A DNA stretch of 64,000 nt, taken from positions 3,584,001 through 3,648,000 of the forward strand of contig OY762007.1 in assembly GCA_963665115.1 (NCBI GenBank), written 5' to 3'. Made by a program: the position numbers and the translations under genes. The stretch's first letter is position 1. Each line of letters starts with the position of its first letter. The notes under the pieces were generated by a model. It searched no databases. It had not been told where the DNA came from and worked only from the letters and a program-made list of their open reading frames with translations. Source of the stretch: an uncultured Rivularia sp. Lineage in GTDB: Bacteria; Cyanobacteriota; Cyanobacteriia; Cyanobacteriales; Nostocaceae. Below are positions 20,804-31,348 of this stretch, piece by piece.

Positions 20804-21598
20804 ATGTTCCCACAACACCAATTTAACGAACTGCAAAACCTCTACGAATTACTAGAAGAGAAAATAATTCGCTTGCGAACAGCTAAAGCTATCGAAACAA
20901 GTGCAGCAGTTATTTTCCAATTAGAAAAGCAGATTCAAGAAGCCGAAGCGGAACGAGATAAAGTAGCTCAAGAAATTGCCCAATTCAATCAACAACAACC
21001 TACCTTTATTACAAGCAACAACAGTAATCAAACTGATATCAAAACAATTTTAATTCTCGCTGCAAATCCCAAAAATACCTCAAGATTGCGATTAGAAGAA
21101 GAAATCAGAGAAATTGATGAAGGGTTGCGACGGGCTAACAAGCGAGAGCAATTCAAACTAGAGATGAAATTAGCGGTGCGTCAACGAGACTTCTACCGAG
21201 CAATTTTAGATACTCAGCCCCAGATTGTTCATTTCTGCGGACATGGTGCGGGAGAAGATGGCATCATTTTGGAAGATGAAATGGGAATAACAGCTTTTGT
21301 ACAAGCAGATACTTTGGCGAGTTTGTTTAAGCTATTCGCCAACAAGGGAGTAGAGTGTGTTGTGCTAAACGCTTGTTATTCAGAAGTTCAAGCCAACGCT
21401 ATCAGCCAACATATTAACCATGTAATTGGGATGAATCGAGCAATTGGGGATAAAGCAGCGATTAATTTTGCCGTAGCTTTTTACGATGCTTTAGCTGCTG
21501 GGGAAGATGTAGAATTTGCTTTTGAGTTAGGTTGTTCTCAACTAGTTGGTTTAAAAGAAAATCAAACCCCTACACTTAGAATAAAAAATACGCAATAA
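20804..21598 (+). CDS. EAD9-like adaptor fused to CHAT (caspase-family) peptidase
   Basis: ILILAANP, HFCGHG and VVLNAC His/Cys dyad. Confidence 0.88.
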   Translation: MFPQHQFNELQNLYELLEEKIIRLRTAKAIETSAAVIFQLEKQIQEAEAERDKVAQEIAQFNQQQPTFITSNNSNQTDIKTILILAANPKNTSRLRLEEEIREIDEGLRRANKREQFKLEMKLAVRQRDFYRAILDTQPQIVHFCGHGAGEDGIILEDEMGITAFVQADTLASLFKLFANKGVECVVLNACYSEVQANAISQHINHVIGMNRAIGDKAAINFAVAFYDALAAGEDVEFAFELGCSQLVGLKENQTPTLRIKNTQ

Positions 21599-21809
21599 AA
21601 CGATTTTTCTTACGTGAAAAACGCTGGATTATTTTATCGACTACTAGTTTAATAATTCCCAATATCTTCATTGCTTGGTTTAATCATCGCGGCTACCATA
21701 CCTGAATTAAACAGTGAATTATATTTATTCAGATTTTGTCTTAAACACGAAACCCATGTAGAGACGTAGCACTGCTACGTCTCAAACAGCTACGTCTCAA
21801 ACTCAAATC

Positions 21810-23774
21810 CTAAAAAGTAAAAGTAGTACGCAACAAACCTACCGTAGTTGTATCGTTGTTGTCATCTCCCTCTGGATTAAATAAGACAAATGCACCAGGG
21901 GTAATACTGAGATTATCGTTTACCTTAAATTTGTAATAAGCTTCCAAATGGTAGGGAGTTGTGCGATCGACACCCGCAGCAGCTAAGTTCCCATCACCAC
22001 TAGCTTCTGTACGGTATAAAGGTTGACCAAAAAGTATTCCGGCGGTATTACCCTTTTTGATGATATCCCGGAGGTGTAAACCCACCATCCAACTGGTAAA
22101 GGTAGTGGAAGCATCTACCCTACCGGAGGAATCATCGACGAAAATTGCTGCACCGTAACCCGATAGGGCAATATTCGGAGAAAAGCGCCAATTTACCGTA
22201 CCACCGAGGGAGTTGAGTTTCACAGGAATTCCCAAATCACCATTTGCCAAGCCTAAAGCATTGGTATCGGCACTCACCAATCCCGTACCCAAAATATTGA
22301 TTTCGTGGTAACTGTTGGCATAATTCAGACCTATATCAATCGATTTGCTGGGTTTAAATGTAAGTTGGGCTGCCGCAACAGTACTACCACCAAATAAACC
22401 CGAACCTAAAGGTGTACCAGAAACTCCGGGAAGAATATCTGGAGCAGTGCTGGGAATATTAGCATTAACGCTACCGTAAAGAGCGCGAAAATCAAGGCTT
22501 TTGGATGGAGTAAGGATAAAACCTGCTGCCGATGCTAAACCGGAGCCGGAAGTACCACCGGAAACCCGCAGTACCGGATTTAAACCAGCAAATCTCGAAA
22601 TTGCTTCTTGCCCTTCTCCTGCGAAGGGAGTAATGGCAGGGAAAGCATCAGAAACTTCGGCAGCAGTACCAGCAAATAGAGTTAATTTATTGGCTACGGG
22701 GAAGATGTACAGAAGTTTGTACAGTTCTATATCATTAGCACCTTTAGAAGATAAATCTTTGGGAGTGAAGCTGGGAAATTGAGGCTCAATTCCGGTGCGA
22801 GCGCTACTTGCTGCCAAATTGACTCCCGGTGCTGTCAATCCCAATGCCTGCTGTAGGCTACCACTACCATCCGCACCACCGAGGAAATTATGGGCTTGTA
22901 AACCAGTAATTAACAAGTCTTTGCCGGTAAAACTGGTATTCAAGTTCAACCGTACCCGATTCGTCAGAATGATATTAGGATCGTCACTACCGGGAACACC
23001 ACCAGTTGCACCAATCGCCGCAAAAATTGCCTCTCCTTGCAGTTTGGTGGTAGTGGAAAATTGATTTGCTTCTAATTCGGCACTGCGAGCTTCTAGAGTA
23101 TCTACCCTTCCCCGCAAGGTTGCTAATTCTGCTTGAAACTCTTCTTGCAAACGCTGTAAAGTTACTAAATCTTCTCTACTAACAATATTTGCTGTGGCTG
23201 AGGCAATCAACTCATTAACACGATTGAGACAGGCATTTAATCCCGCCGCAAATTCATATCTAGTCATTGCCCGATTGCCCCGATAGGTACCATTCGGATA
23301 TCCTGCAATACAACCATACCGTTCTACGAGGGATTGCAACGCTTGAAAAGCCCAGTCTGTCGGTTGTACGTCGGATAGTTGGGAAACCGATGTGACTTGT
23401 CCCTTGGCTGATGTTGAATTTTGTTGGGTTTGGGGAATCTGGGTAACTAAAGTCGGGTTTTGATTTTTATTTAACTGTTTATTTAGCTGTTTATTTGGTT
23501 GGGCGGCTGCTATTTCTGTGATTGTAAAAATACGATGTTCTTCCAGAGAGTAGCTATCAATATCAAACGGAAGTTGATGATTTATTTCGGGGATAGTTGT
23601 GTTGGCAGATACAAAATTTTCTTGGGATAATATTTTTGAAGCTGATAGTAATTCATTGGTATTGATTGCTTGGCTGCTGCTAATTTTTTCGACAGCAAAT
23701 GCTTTTACCGGCAAGAATCCGGCGAGTAAGTACAGTAAACTTACCCTACTAGCGCAAACTAGTAGATTTCTCAT
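21810..23774 (-). CDS. SLH-domain cyanobacterial outer-membrane porin (OprB-like)
   Basis: SDVQPTDWAFQALQSLVERYGC SLH motif, FSTTTKL, C-terminal RTTFTF. Confidence 0.92.
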   Translation of the reverse strand: MRNLLVCASRVSLLYLLAGFLPVKAFAVEKISSSQAINTNELLSASKILSQENFVSANTTIPEINHQLPFDIDSYSLEEHRIFTITEIAAAQPNKQLNKQLNKNQNPTLVTQIPQTQQNSTSAKGQVTSVSQLSDVQPTDWAFQALQSLVERYGCIAGYPNGTYRGNRAMTRYEFAAGLNACLNRVNELIASATANIVSREDLVTLQRLQEEFQAELATLRGRVDTLEARSAELEANQFSTTTKLQGEAIFAAIGATGGVPGSDDPNIILTNRVRLNLNTSFTGKDLLITGLQAHNFLGGADGSGSLQQALGLTAPGVNLAASSARTGIEPQFPSFTPKDLSSKGANDIELYKLLYIFPVANKLTLFAGTAAEVSDAFPAITPFAGEGQEAISRFAGLNPVLRVSGGTSGSGLASAAGFILTPSKSLDFRALYGSVNANIPSTAPDILPGVSGTPLGSGLFGGSTVAAAQLTFKPSKSIDIGLNYANSYHEINILGTGLVSADTNALGLANGDLGIPVKLNSLGGTVNWRFSPNIALSGYGAAIFVDDSSGRVDASTTFTSWMVGLHLRDIIKKGNTAGILFGQPLYRTEASGDGNLAAAGVDRTTPYHLEAYYKFKVNDNLSITPGAFVLFNPEGDDNNDTTTVGLLRTTFTF

Positions 23775-23888
23775 TAGAACTCCTTACAACTCCTTACAAC
23801 TGTTATTTTAAAATGAAAAGATCGATTAGGGCTTAATGGTTTACCAATTTTAAGAATTCCATTAAAACTTGATATTTTGATTTATCTA

Positions 23889-24363
23889 ACATCTTGTACC
23901 AGTATCAGAAAACCAGTTTGTTGTTGATTTTACAACGAGATAGTTATGTTTTACGAAGAGAAACCAGGTTTCTTTAGGCTCATTGAAAATAGTGTATGCA
24001 AGATATCATATTTATTAGACTTGATTTTATGGCACCCAATACCTGATTTCATCAGACCTATTTAATTAGATTTAATTGGCACTAATCAAATGATCTGAGC
24101 TATAAATTCTAGTAAATACTATTTCCAGCCATTTTTATCAAAGACAATTATTTCTAGTTCTTATGGTAGTCATATATTAAACCCGCAGCTTTTTCTATGG
24201 TGCGACTGCGTTAAATTGAAAAATCAGACAGAAGGCAAGTTGATTTAACTCACATTTTGCACCAGTTTCAGAAACCCGGTTTTTTTGTGAAAGCACTATT
24301 ATCTGTGTAATCAACAAAAAACCGGGTTTCTCAAGGCTCGTTAAGAATGGTGCAAGATATCAG
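23889..24363. mobile_element. Two related ~115-bp MITEs with TTGCACCA...TGCAAGATAT-type termini (23889-24007, 24251-24363)
   Basis: Inverted ends and internal AAACCCGGTTT-like palindromes; relative at ~47698-47810. Confidence 0.55.
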
Positions 24364-24653
24364 TTTAAAAGAAGTAGCAAAACCTTAGCTTCGCTATACA
24401 TTACTTAAGTGAGAATCACTATAAAATCAAAATCTTGTCAGTACATAATCCTGAAAAGCCCGACCTCGCTAGACTTTAGCACTAAGTGAATAATTCCCGC
24501 AGGCAGTTTTACAGTATTATCAACAAAAATCATGCTGAGAAGAATGTAAAATAAATTAGAATAAGGTTACAAAATGTAAAGGAATATCATATTTGTTCTT
24601 ACCTTTTGAAACAATTTGCTTAATTTTAGAGTTGAGATTTATATAAAAAGCCC

Positions 24654-25460
24654 ATGCATAATAGTTTTTGGCGAAGATTTTTCACCTTTTTGACGGTATT
24701 ATTTTTAGCTGGCTCGATTTGGACGATAGATTCGAGTCCTGCTTATGCTTACAACAATCCTGAATTGCTGCCCGACGAAGTTACACCAGTTGTAGATTTA
24801 GGCAAAGCTCTTAATGTTGTTCAAAAAGAAAATTTAGTTAAAGAGCTTAATCAATTTGAAGAGGAAACTGGTTGGCAGTTGCGAGTACTGACTCAATACG
24901 ATCGAACTCCAGGTAGAGCGGTAATCAAGTTTTGGGGTTTGAACGACCACAGCATCTTACTTGTAGCTGATTCTCGTGGTGGTAATATTCTCAGTTTTGC
25001 GGTTGGGGATGATGTTTATGAATTACTACCCCGTACTTTTTGGATAGAATTACAAACTCGTTTTGGTAACTTATATTTTGTACGCGAAAAAGGTGAAGAT
25101 GGAGCTATTATTGAAGCTTTGCAAACTGTAGAAAGTTGTTTGCGTCGAGGTGGCTGTAATGTTGTTCCGGGATTACCACGGGAACAGTGGATTCTGACTT
25201 TAATAACTTCGGTTCTCGGTGGGCTTATTTGCGGTTTTGCAGCTCAACCTAGAGAAGAAGGGCAAGTTGTTGCTTGGCAATGGGCATTAATATTTTCTCC
25301 TTTGTGGGGAATTTTGTTTATTGCTTTCGGAATTGGGCCAGTAGTAACTCGTACTTCTGAATGGCTTCCTTTGGTTCGCAATATTTCCGGCTTTCTAATA
25401 GGAGTTTTGGTTGCTTATTTAACTCCCGTTCTTAATCGTTCTAACCCTTCTGAAACATAA
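24654..25460 (+). CDS. TPM-domain protein with signal peptide and C-terminal TM helices
   Basis: PAYA cleavage site, TGWQLRVLTQ, FWIELQTRFGN. Confidence 0.8.
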   Translation: MHNSFWRRFFTFLTVLFLAGSIWTIDSSPAYAYNNPELLPDEVTPVVDLGKALNVVQKENLVKELNQFEEETGWQLRVLTQYDRTPGRAVIKFWGLNDHSILLVADSRGGNILSFAVGDDVYELLPRTFWIELQTRFGNLYFVREKGEDGAIIEALQTVESCLRRGGCNVVPGLPREQWILTLITSVLGGLICGFAAQPREEGQVVAWQWALIFSPLWGILFIAFGIGPVVTRTSEWLPLVRNISGFLIGVLVAYLTPVLNRSNPSET

Positions 25461-25766
25461 ATTAGTTAGGAGTCAAGAGTTAGGAGTTAGGAGTTAGGAG
25501 TTAGTGATTAAAAATTAATAATCCAAACTTTCTAATATATATATTGTAGAGACGTTGCACACTGTAACGTCTTTGCGTAATAGGGTTTGTTTGAATAATA
25601 GTAGTGAAAAATTGCGTTAGCGAAGCCATGCCGTTCGCGCAGCGTCTCGAAGAGAAAGCTTATCGCCCTTTGTATTTGCATTTTTATTTTTCTACACCTT
25701 GGGATGAAGATTGATAATTGATAATTGGTAATTGGTAATTGATAATTAATATCAAGGAAGCAGAAA

Positions 25767-26423
25767 ATGGAATGGCACGTAACTGATGCCCAAAGTTTAG
25801 CCAGCATAGATAAAGAAGTTGGTGGTTTTTTAGCTTTGACGCACTTGGATGAAGATAGCTCTCAACGCGCGTATCGTCATTTTTCACCAGCAGAGTACGA
25901 AATTGTTAGAAGAGTTATTTACGCAACAGGTGACTTTGAGTATAAATCTTTAATTAAATTTTCCGAACGTGCTTTGCAAGCTTCAGCAGCTGCATTAGCA
26001 TCGCGGAGTACTGTTATTGTAGATGATGCAAAAGTTCAAGCCGGTATTGCACGAGAAGTACGTTGGACTTTTGCTAATCCAGTCTATTGTGCTGTAGAAG
26101 CTCAAACTCGCCCCCAAAAAGATAAAACTCTTGCTGCTTGGGGAATGGAAACTTTAGCTAAACGTTATCCAGAAGGTATATTTGTTATAGGGCAAGCACC
26201 AACAGCCTTAACAACGTTACTGGATTTAGTTAAAACCGATCGAGTTAGACCTGTTTTAGTAATTGCAACACCGCCACAGTTAATTAATCTGGATTCAATA
26301 AAAGAAAACTTAAAAGAATTTTCAATACCCAATATTACAATCAAAAGCCGTAAAGGTGGCGCGAATGTAGCAGCAGCAATTTTAGATGCACTGATAGATT
26401 TATCTTGGGAAGCTTATGGTTAG
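25767..26423 (+). CDS. Precorrin-8X methylmutase (CobH/CbiC)-like protein
   Basis: RRVIYATGDFEY, IFVIGQAPTAL, RKGGANVAAAI. Confidence 0.82.
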   Translation: MEWHVTDAQSLASIDKEVGGFLALTHLDEDSSQRAYRHFSPAEYEIVRRVIYATGDFEYKSLIKFSERALQASAAALASRSTVIVDDAKVQAGIAREVRWTFANPVYCAVEAQTRPQKDKTLAAWGMETLAKRYPEGIFVIGQAPTALTTLLDLVKTDRVRPVLVIATPPQLINLDSIKENLKEFSIPNITIKSRKGGANVAAAILDALIDLSWEAYG

Positions 26424-26581
26424 AAAGTAGGAAGTAGGGAGTAGGGAGTGGAGAAGGATAGCGCAATATATTCAAATATTTTTCTTCCTTCTTCTGCTTG
26501 CTCCCTATTTTCTACTTCTTATTCCCTAGATTTGATAATCTTGCAGGAAATAGGAGTAGTTGAAATTCTAAAGTTGAAGTT

Positions 26582-27295
26582 TCAAATTGGTAAACGGTCT
26601 ATATCTTTATTATGACCAATTACGACCATTGTGGAACCTTTTTCAAAGCGCTTATGGGGATCTGGATTAATGATAAATGTTTCATCATCAATACCATCAT
26701 GTTTATTGCTTATTGCTAAAACATTTAATCCGTAGCGGTTACGAAGCTGTAGTTCGGCAACTGTTTTACCATCAAATTCATCGGGTATAGCTATTTCAAC
26801 AATACTGTTATCGGGATCTAGATCGAATGTATCTAATATCGCTGGTTTTGTGAGTGTTTGGGCTAAAGCACAACCGGCTTCATGCTCGGGAAAAACAACT
26901 CTGTCTGCGCCAACTTTTCGTAATAATTTGCAGTGAACTTCGCTGGAAGCTTTGGCTACTACGTTTTTTACACCACCTTCTTTAACATTTAAAGTTGTGA
27001 TAATACTTTCTTGAATATAATTACCAATCGCGATGATTACGGTGTCAAACTCAAAAAGACCTGCTTCTTTGAGTGCGGCTGGTTCTGTTGAGTCTAGCTG
27101 TAAAGCATGACCAGTTATTTCTTCTGTCAAAGCTTGTGATACACGCTTTTCATCAATATCTGTTGCTAGAACTTCATAACCTAATCTATGTAAAGTTGAA
27201 CAAACAGAACGACCAAAACGTCCTAAACCAATCACCGCGAATTGCTGATTAGTTTTATTTAAAGAACGAAAAAACCCTAACGAGGACAGATTCAC
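26582..27295 (-). CDS. ktrA: KtrA/TrkA RCK regulatory subunit
   Basis: VIGLGRFG NAD-binding motif, GADRVVFPE. Confidence 0.9.
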   Translation of the reverse strand: MNLSSLGFFRSLNKTNQQFAVIGLGRFGRSVCSTLHRLGYEVLATDIDEKRVSQALTEEITGHALQLDSTEPAALKEAGLFEFDTVIIAIGNYIQESIITTLNVKEGGVKNVVAKASSEVHCKLLRKVGADRVVFPEHEAGCALAQTLTKPAILDTFDLDPDNSIVEIAIPDEFDGKTVAELQLRNRYGLNVLAISNKHDGIDDETFIINPDPHKRFEKGSTMVVIGHNKDIDRLPI

Positions 27296-27629
27296 TGTTT
27301 TGATCCTTAATTATTACAGCTTTTGTATAGTTTAAAAAATCGGTCATAACGGATAAATTATAAATAATAAGTTATACTCTTTTTGCCCGATCTTACTTAT
27401 TTTATCATTTCAGCTTAATTGAATCCATATTGAATATTTTTAGCAATACGGCACTTGTTTTCTCTGGATCGATAGTTTACATTTTTGCAATAGGCAAGGC
27501 TGGAATTGTGAAGAGATTATATTAATAAATAATTCTCATTCGGTGAGCATGATTAGGAATTTTTTAGTTTACAGTTAAAAATGCCTACTAATAGAGAAAC
27601 AACTGTAAACTCATAATCGCTTGTTACAA

Positions 27630-28964
27630 TTATCCCACAAGTAAATCTTCTTCGGGGTAATGAATATTGGTGGGTTTGGGGTCGCCAAGTACGGCGGACA
27701 TTAACAGTAAAACACCAACTCTTCCCATATACATAGTCAGGATTAAAACTAATTTACCCCAAAGAGAAAAGTCGCTGGTTATTCCTGTAGACAGTCCTAC
27801 GGTTGCATAAGCTGAAACGACTTCAAATAATATTTGGATAAAGTCAAATGTTGGGTCTGTCAGTGATATTAAAATAGTACACATGATTACAGCAGTTACA
27901 GAACCAACTATCACACCAACAGCTTTTAATATTAAAGATACGGCTATACGACGTTCGTAAAGTAAAACTTCTTGTTTACCTTGAAGAATTGATTTAGTAC
28001 AACTAGTAAGTACTCGGATAGTGGTAGTTTTCATCCCTCCTCCCGTACCTCCAGGGCTTGCTCCTACAAACATAAGAGCAATAGTAATAAATAGTCCTGC
28101 ATTTGTCATACCGCCAATATCTATACTGTTAAAACCGGCAGTTCTGGTAGTCATGGATTGAAACCAAGCTGCTAAAAATTGACTGCGAAAACTGAGATTT
28201 CTTATAGTTTCTGTATTTCTGATCTCTACGCAAAAGAAGGCTAAGGTTCCTAAAAATAATAAAAATATTGTTGTGCTGACAGCGACTTTGTAATCAAGAG
28301 ATAACACAACACTGCGCGGTCTTCTACGTAGGCGATCGCGCAATCCAAAAAAGATTTCTAAAATTACTTGATATCCAATTCCACCGAAGATGACTAAGCC
28401 GGAAATAGTAAATACTAGTAATGCTGAAGAGTTGTAATCAACTAAACTATTTGAGAATAAGCTAAAGCCTGCATTATTCCAAGCACTAACGCTGTGAAAA
28501 ATTGCTAGCCAGATTCCTTGATCCCATCCAAAATCGGGAACAAATACTGGAAGTAATAAAAATATTCCCGTAATTTCAAAAAATAGCGTTACCGCGATGA
28601 TGGAGCCAATAATGTTGCCGCTACCTTCCATTTCTCGCCGATCTAAAGCTTGTTTAATTGCCATTTTATGCCTTAGATCGAATCTACGACCAGTCAACAT
28701 AATTAGAAAGGTTGTAAATGTCATGTAGCCCAAACCGCCAACTTGTGCTAGCAACAGGATAAACAACTGACCCCAGAAGGAAAAATCCGTAGCAGTATCA
28801 ACGACTGCCAAACCCGTGACGCAAACGGCTGAAGTTGCCGTAAATAAAGCCACAATTGGGCTATTCCACGTACCTGTAGCCGTAGAAAAAGGCATCATTA
28901 ATAGGAAAGTTCCTACCGCGATTACTGCGAAAAAGCCAAAGCAAATTTTTTGAGAAGCGGTCAT
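27630..28964 (-). CDS. ktrB: KtrB/TrkH K+ uptake membrane subunit
   Basis: SAVCVTGL, SAWNNAGF, RTAGF, SAYATVGL pore loops. Confidence 0.92.
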   Translation of the reverse strand: MTASQKICFGFFAVIAVGTFLLMMPFSTATGTWNSPIVALFTATSAVCVTGLAVVDTATDFSFWGQLFILLLAQVGGLGYMTFTTFLIMLTGRRFDLRHKMAIKQALDRREMEGSGNIIGSIIAVTLFFEITGIFLLLPVFVPDFGWDQGIWLAIFHSVSAWNNAGFSLFSNSLVDYNSSALLVFTISGLVIFGGIGYQVILEIFFGLRDRLRRRPRSVVLSLDYKVAVSTTIFLLFLGTLAFFCVEIRNTETIRNLSFRSQFLAAWFQSMTTRTAGFNSIDIGGMTNAGLFITIALMFVGASPGGTGGGMKTTTIRVLTSCTKSILQGKQEVLLYERRIAVSLILKAVGVIVGSVTAVIMCTILISLTDPTFDFIQILFEVVSAYATVGLSTGITSDFSLWGKLVLILTMYMGRVGVLLLMSAVLGDPKPTNIHYPEEDLLVG

Positions 28965-29292
28965 GTTAATTTTGGATTTTAGATTTTAGATTTTAACAAC
29001 GGATGTTTTGAATTTTAGATTATCCCTTATTTGAAAGCGCATAACGGGCAGCCTGCTTACCGCTGGTTATGAATGAAATCAAAAAAATTTTATTATTTTC
29101 TATTCGCTGTCTCCTATTCCCTACTTCCTACTCCCTTAAAAAAAGCTTCAACTACAAATTATTCCATCTTATTGCCGTACCCGTATTTTTATTTCAGAAC
29201 ACAAAACACCCCGCTCTAATTAAAAATACTCATGGTAGCCTACCAATATATGTTTTTTAATTCTGCGATAGTCTTAACACATTGGTTGATTC

Positions 29293-30135
29293 ATGAGTGC
29301 AACACTAAGCCAGCAAATTCAAGAGTTTTACGATGCTTCTTCCTCACTTTGGGAAGATATATGGGGGGAGCATATGCACCACGGTTATTATGGTGCGGAT
29401 GGTAGGCAAGAGAAAAACCGCCGTCAGGCTCAAATTGATTTAATTGAGGAGTTGCTGCAATGGGCAGAGGTGCAGCAAGCGGAGAAAATTTTAGATGTAG
29501 GTTGCGGTATCGGTGGAAGTTCTTTGTATTTAGCCGAGAAATTTAACGCTGCGGCTACTGGTATCACTTTGAGTCCGGTACAGGCACAAAGAGCTTCTGA
29601 GCGGGCTGCTGAATTTGGTTTACAGGAGAGAACCAATTTTCAAGTAGCAGATGCTTTAAATATGCCCTTCGAGGACAACAGTTTTGATTTAGTTTGGTCT
29701 TTGGAAAGCGGCGAGCATATGCCGGATAAAAACAGATTTATGCAAGAATGCTACCGAGTACTGAAGCCCGGTGGAAAGTTGATTTTGGTGACATGGTGTC
29801 ATCGTGCTACCGATAGCTCGCCTTTAACCGCAGAAGAGAAAAAGCATTTAGAACAGATTTACGAGGTTTATTGCTTACCATACGTAATTTCTTTGGCAGA
29901 TTATGAGGCGATCGCCCGTCTACTACCTTTACAGAATATTCGCACGGCGGATTGGTCGCAAGCTGTCGCCCCTTTTTGGAATGTGGTAATTGATTCTGCT
30001 TTCACTCCCCAGGCATTATTTGGTTTGTTGCGTGCTGGCTGGAAAACCATTCAAGGTGCAATGTCTTTGGGTTTAATGCGTAAAGGTTATGAAAGTGGTT
30101 TGATTAAATTTGGTTTGTTAACTGGAAGTAAGTAG
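29293..30135 (+). CDS. vte4: Gamma-tocopherol methyltransferase
   Basis: WGEHMHHGYY, LDVGCGIGG, WSLESGEHMPDK; adjacent to the phytyltransferase. Confidence 0.88.
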   Translation: MSATLSQQIQEFYDASSSLWEDIWGEHMHHGYYGADGRQEKNRRQAQIDLIEELLQWAEVQQAEKILDVGCGIGGSSLYLAEKFNAAATGITLSPVQAQRASERAAEFGLQERTNFQVADALNMPFEDNSFDLVWSLESGEHMPDKNRFMQECYRVLKPGGKLILVTWCHRATDSSPLTAEEKKHLEQIYEVYCLPYVISLADYEAIARLLPLQNIRTADWSQAVAPFWNVVIDSAFTPQALFGLLRAGWKTIQGAMSLGLMRKGYESGLIKFGLLTGSK

Positions 30136-30337
30136 TGATTGGGCATGGGGCATGGGGCATGGGAAGATGCAAGGGGACAGAGGGGGAAAAGAGGAAGAGA
30201 CAGGAGCAAAATTTTTACTAGGGAGCGAGACGCTCCCACTACATTCTTTTTATTTTTAACTTCTAATTTTCCCCAATTACCAATCCCCAATCCCCAATTA
30301 CCAATCTAAAATCTAAAATCTAAAATCCAAAATTATC

Positions 30338-31279
30338 ATGAGTCAAGTTTCACAAACAGGGTTGCAAAGTAATTGGCTTTACGCTTTTTGGAAGTTTTCT
30401 CGTCCTCATACTATTTATGGTACGAGTTTGAGCGTGTTGGGATTGTATGTAATTGCTGTTGCTTTAACTAATCGCGAATTTCCATTCCCGAATTATTATT
30501 CCTTGTTGTCTGTTGTAGGTGCTTGGATTGCTTGTTTGTTGGGAAATGTTTATATTGTCGGACTTAATCAACTCCAAGATGTAGAAATCGACAAAATTAA
30601 TAAACCTCATTTACCTGTTGCTTCTGGAGAGTTTACGCAACGCACGGGAGAAATTATTGTAATTCTTACGGGTGTTTTTGCGCTTTCTTTGTCTTGGTTG
30701 CTCGGACCTTTTTTATTCGGGATGGTGGCTATTAGTTTAGCTATCGGTACGGCTTATTCTTTACCACCAATTCGTTTAAAACGGTTTCCTTTTTTTGCCG
30801 CAATTTGTATTTTTTCAGTTAGAGGGGCAATTGTTAATTTAGGATTGTTTTTGCATTTTTCTTGGGTACTGCAAGCTAAACAATCAATTCCACTTGTTGT
30901 ATATGCTCTAACCTGGTTTATTTTAGTATTTACAATCGCGATCGCAATCTTTAAAGATATCCCCGACATGGAAGGCGATCGCCAGTACAACATCACCACT
31001 TTCACTATCAAGTTAGGCAAGGAAAAGGTTTTTAATCTCTCTCGCTGGCTATTAACTGCTTGTTACGCTGGTATGATTTTGTTAGGACTGCTGAACTTTG
31101 CAGGGGTGAACTCAATATTTATCGTATCAGTTCATTTTCTGATTTTAGGTTTTATGTGGTGGCGCACTCAGCAAACCGATTTACAAGATAAAAGTTCTAT
31201 CGCAAGTGCTTACAAATTTATTTGGAAGTTGTTTTATCTTGAATATCTACTTTTTCCTATTTCTTGTTTGTTGAGTTAA
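30338..31279 (+). CDS. vte2: Homogentisate phytyltransferase
   Basis: FSRPHT, NQLQDVEIDKINKP, KDIPDMEGD, FIWKLFYLEY. Confidence 0.92.
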   Translation: MSQVSQTGLQSNWLYAFWKFSRPHTIYGTSLSVLGLYVIAVALTNREFPFPNYYSLLSVVGAWIACLLGNVYIVGLNQLQDVEIDKINKPHLPVASGEFTQRTGEIIVILTGVFALSLSWLLGPFLFGMVAISLAIGTAYSLPPIRLKRFPFFAAICIFSVRGAIVNLGLFLHFSWVLQAKQSIPLVVYALTWFILVFTIAIAIFKDIPDMEGDRQYNITTFTIKLGKEKVFNLSRWLLTACYAGMILLGLLNFAGVNSIFIVSVHFLILGFMWWRTQQTDLQDKSSIASAYKFIWKLFYLEYLLFPISCLLS

Positions 31280-31348
31280 AGCAGCTAATATTTACCCACA
31301 TCCATCGAGTAATGAAATTAAGAGTCTAATAGCGAAAGTCCTATAAAT

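Noticed and set aside
14800..21600. Complete DGR cassette
   Set aside because: No reverse transcriptase, avd-like gene or template repeat seen in the window
23775..24650. Cobalamin riboswitch or Fur box upstream of the porin
   Set aside because: No B12-box pattern found; Fur-like words are weak in AT-rich, MITE-filled sequence
27521..27540. Fur-box-like ATTAATAAATAATTCTCATT upstream of ktrA
   Set aside because: Could arise by chance in AT-rich DNA; no iron-related gene adjacent
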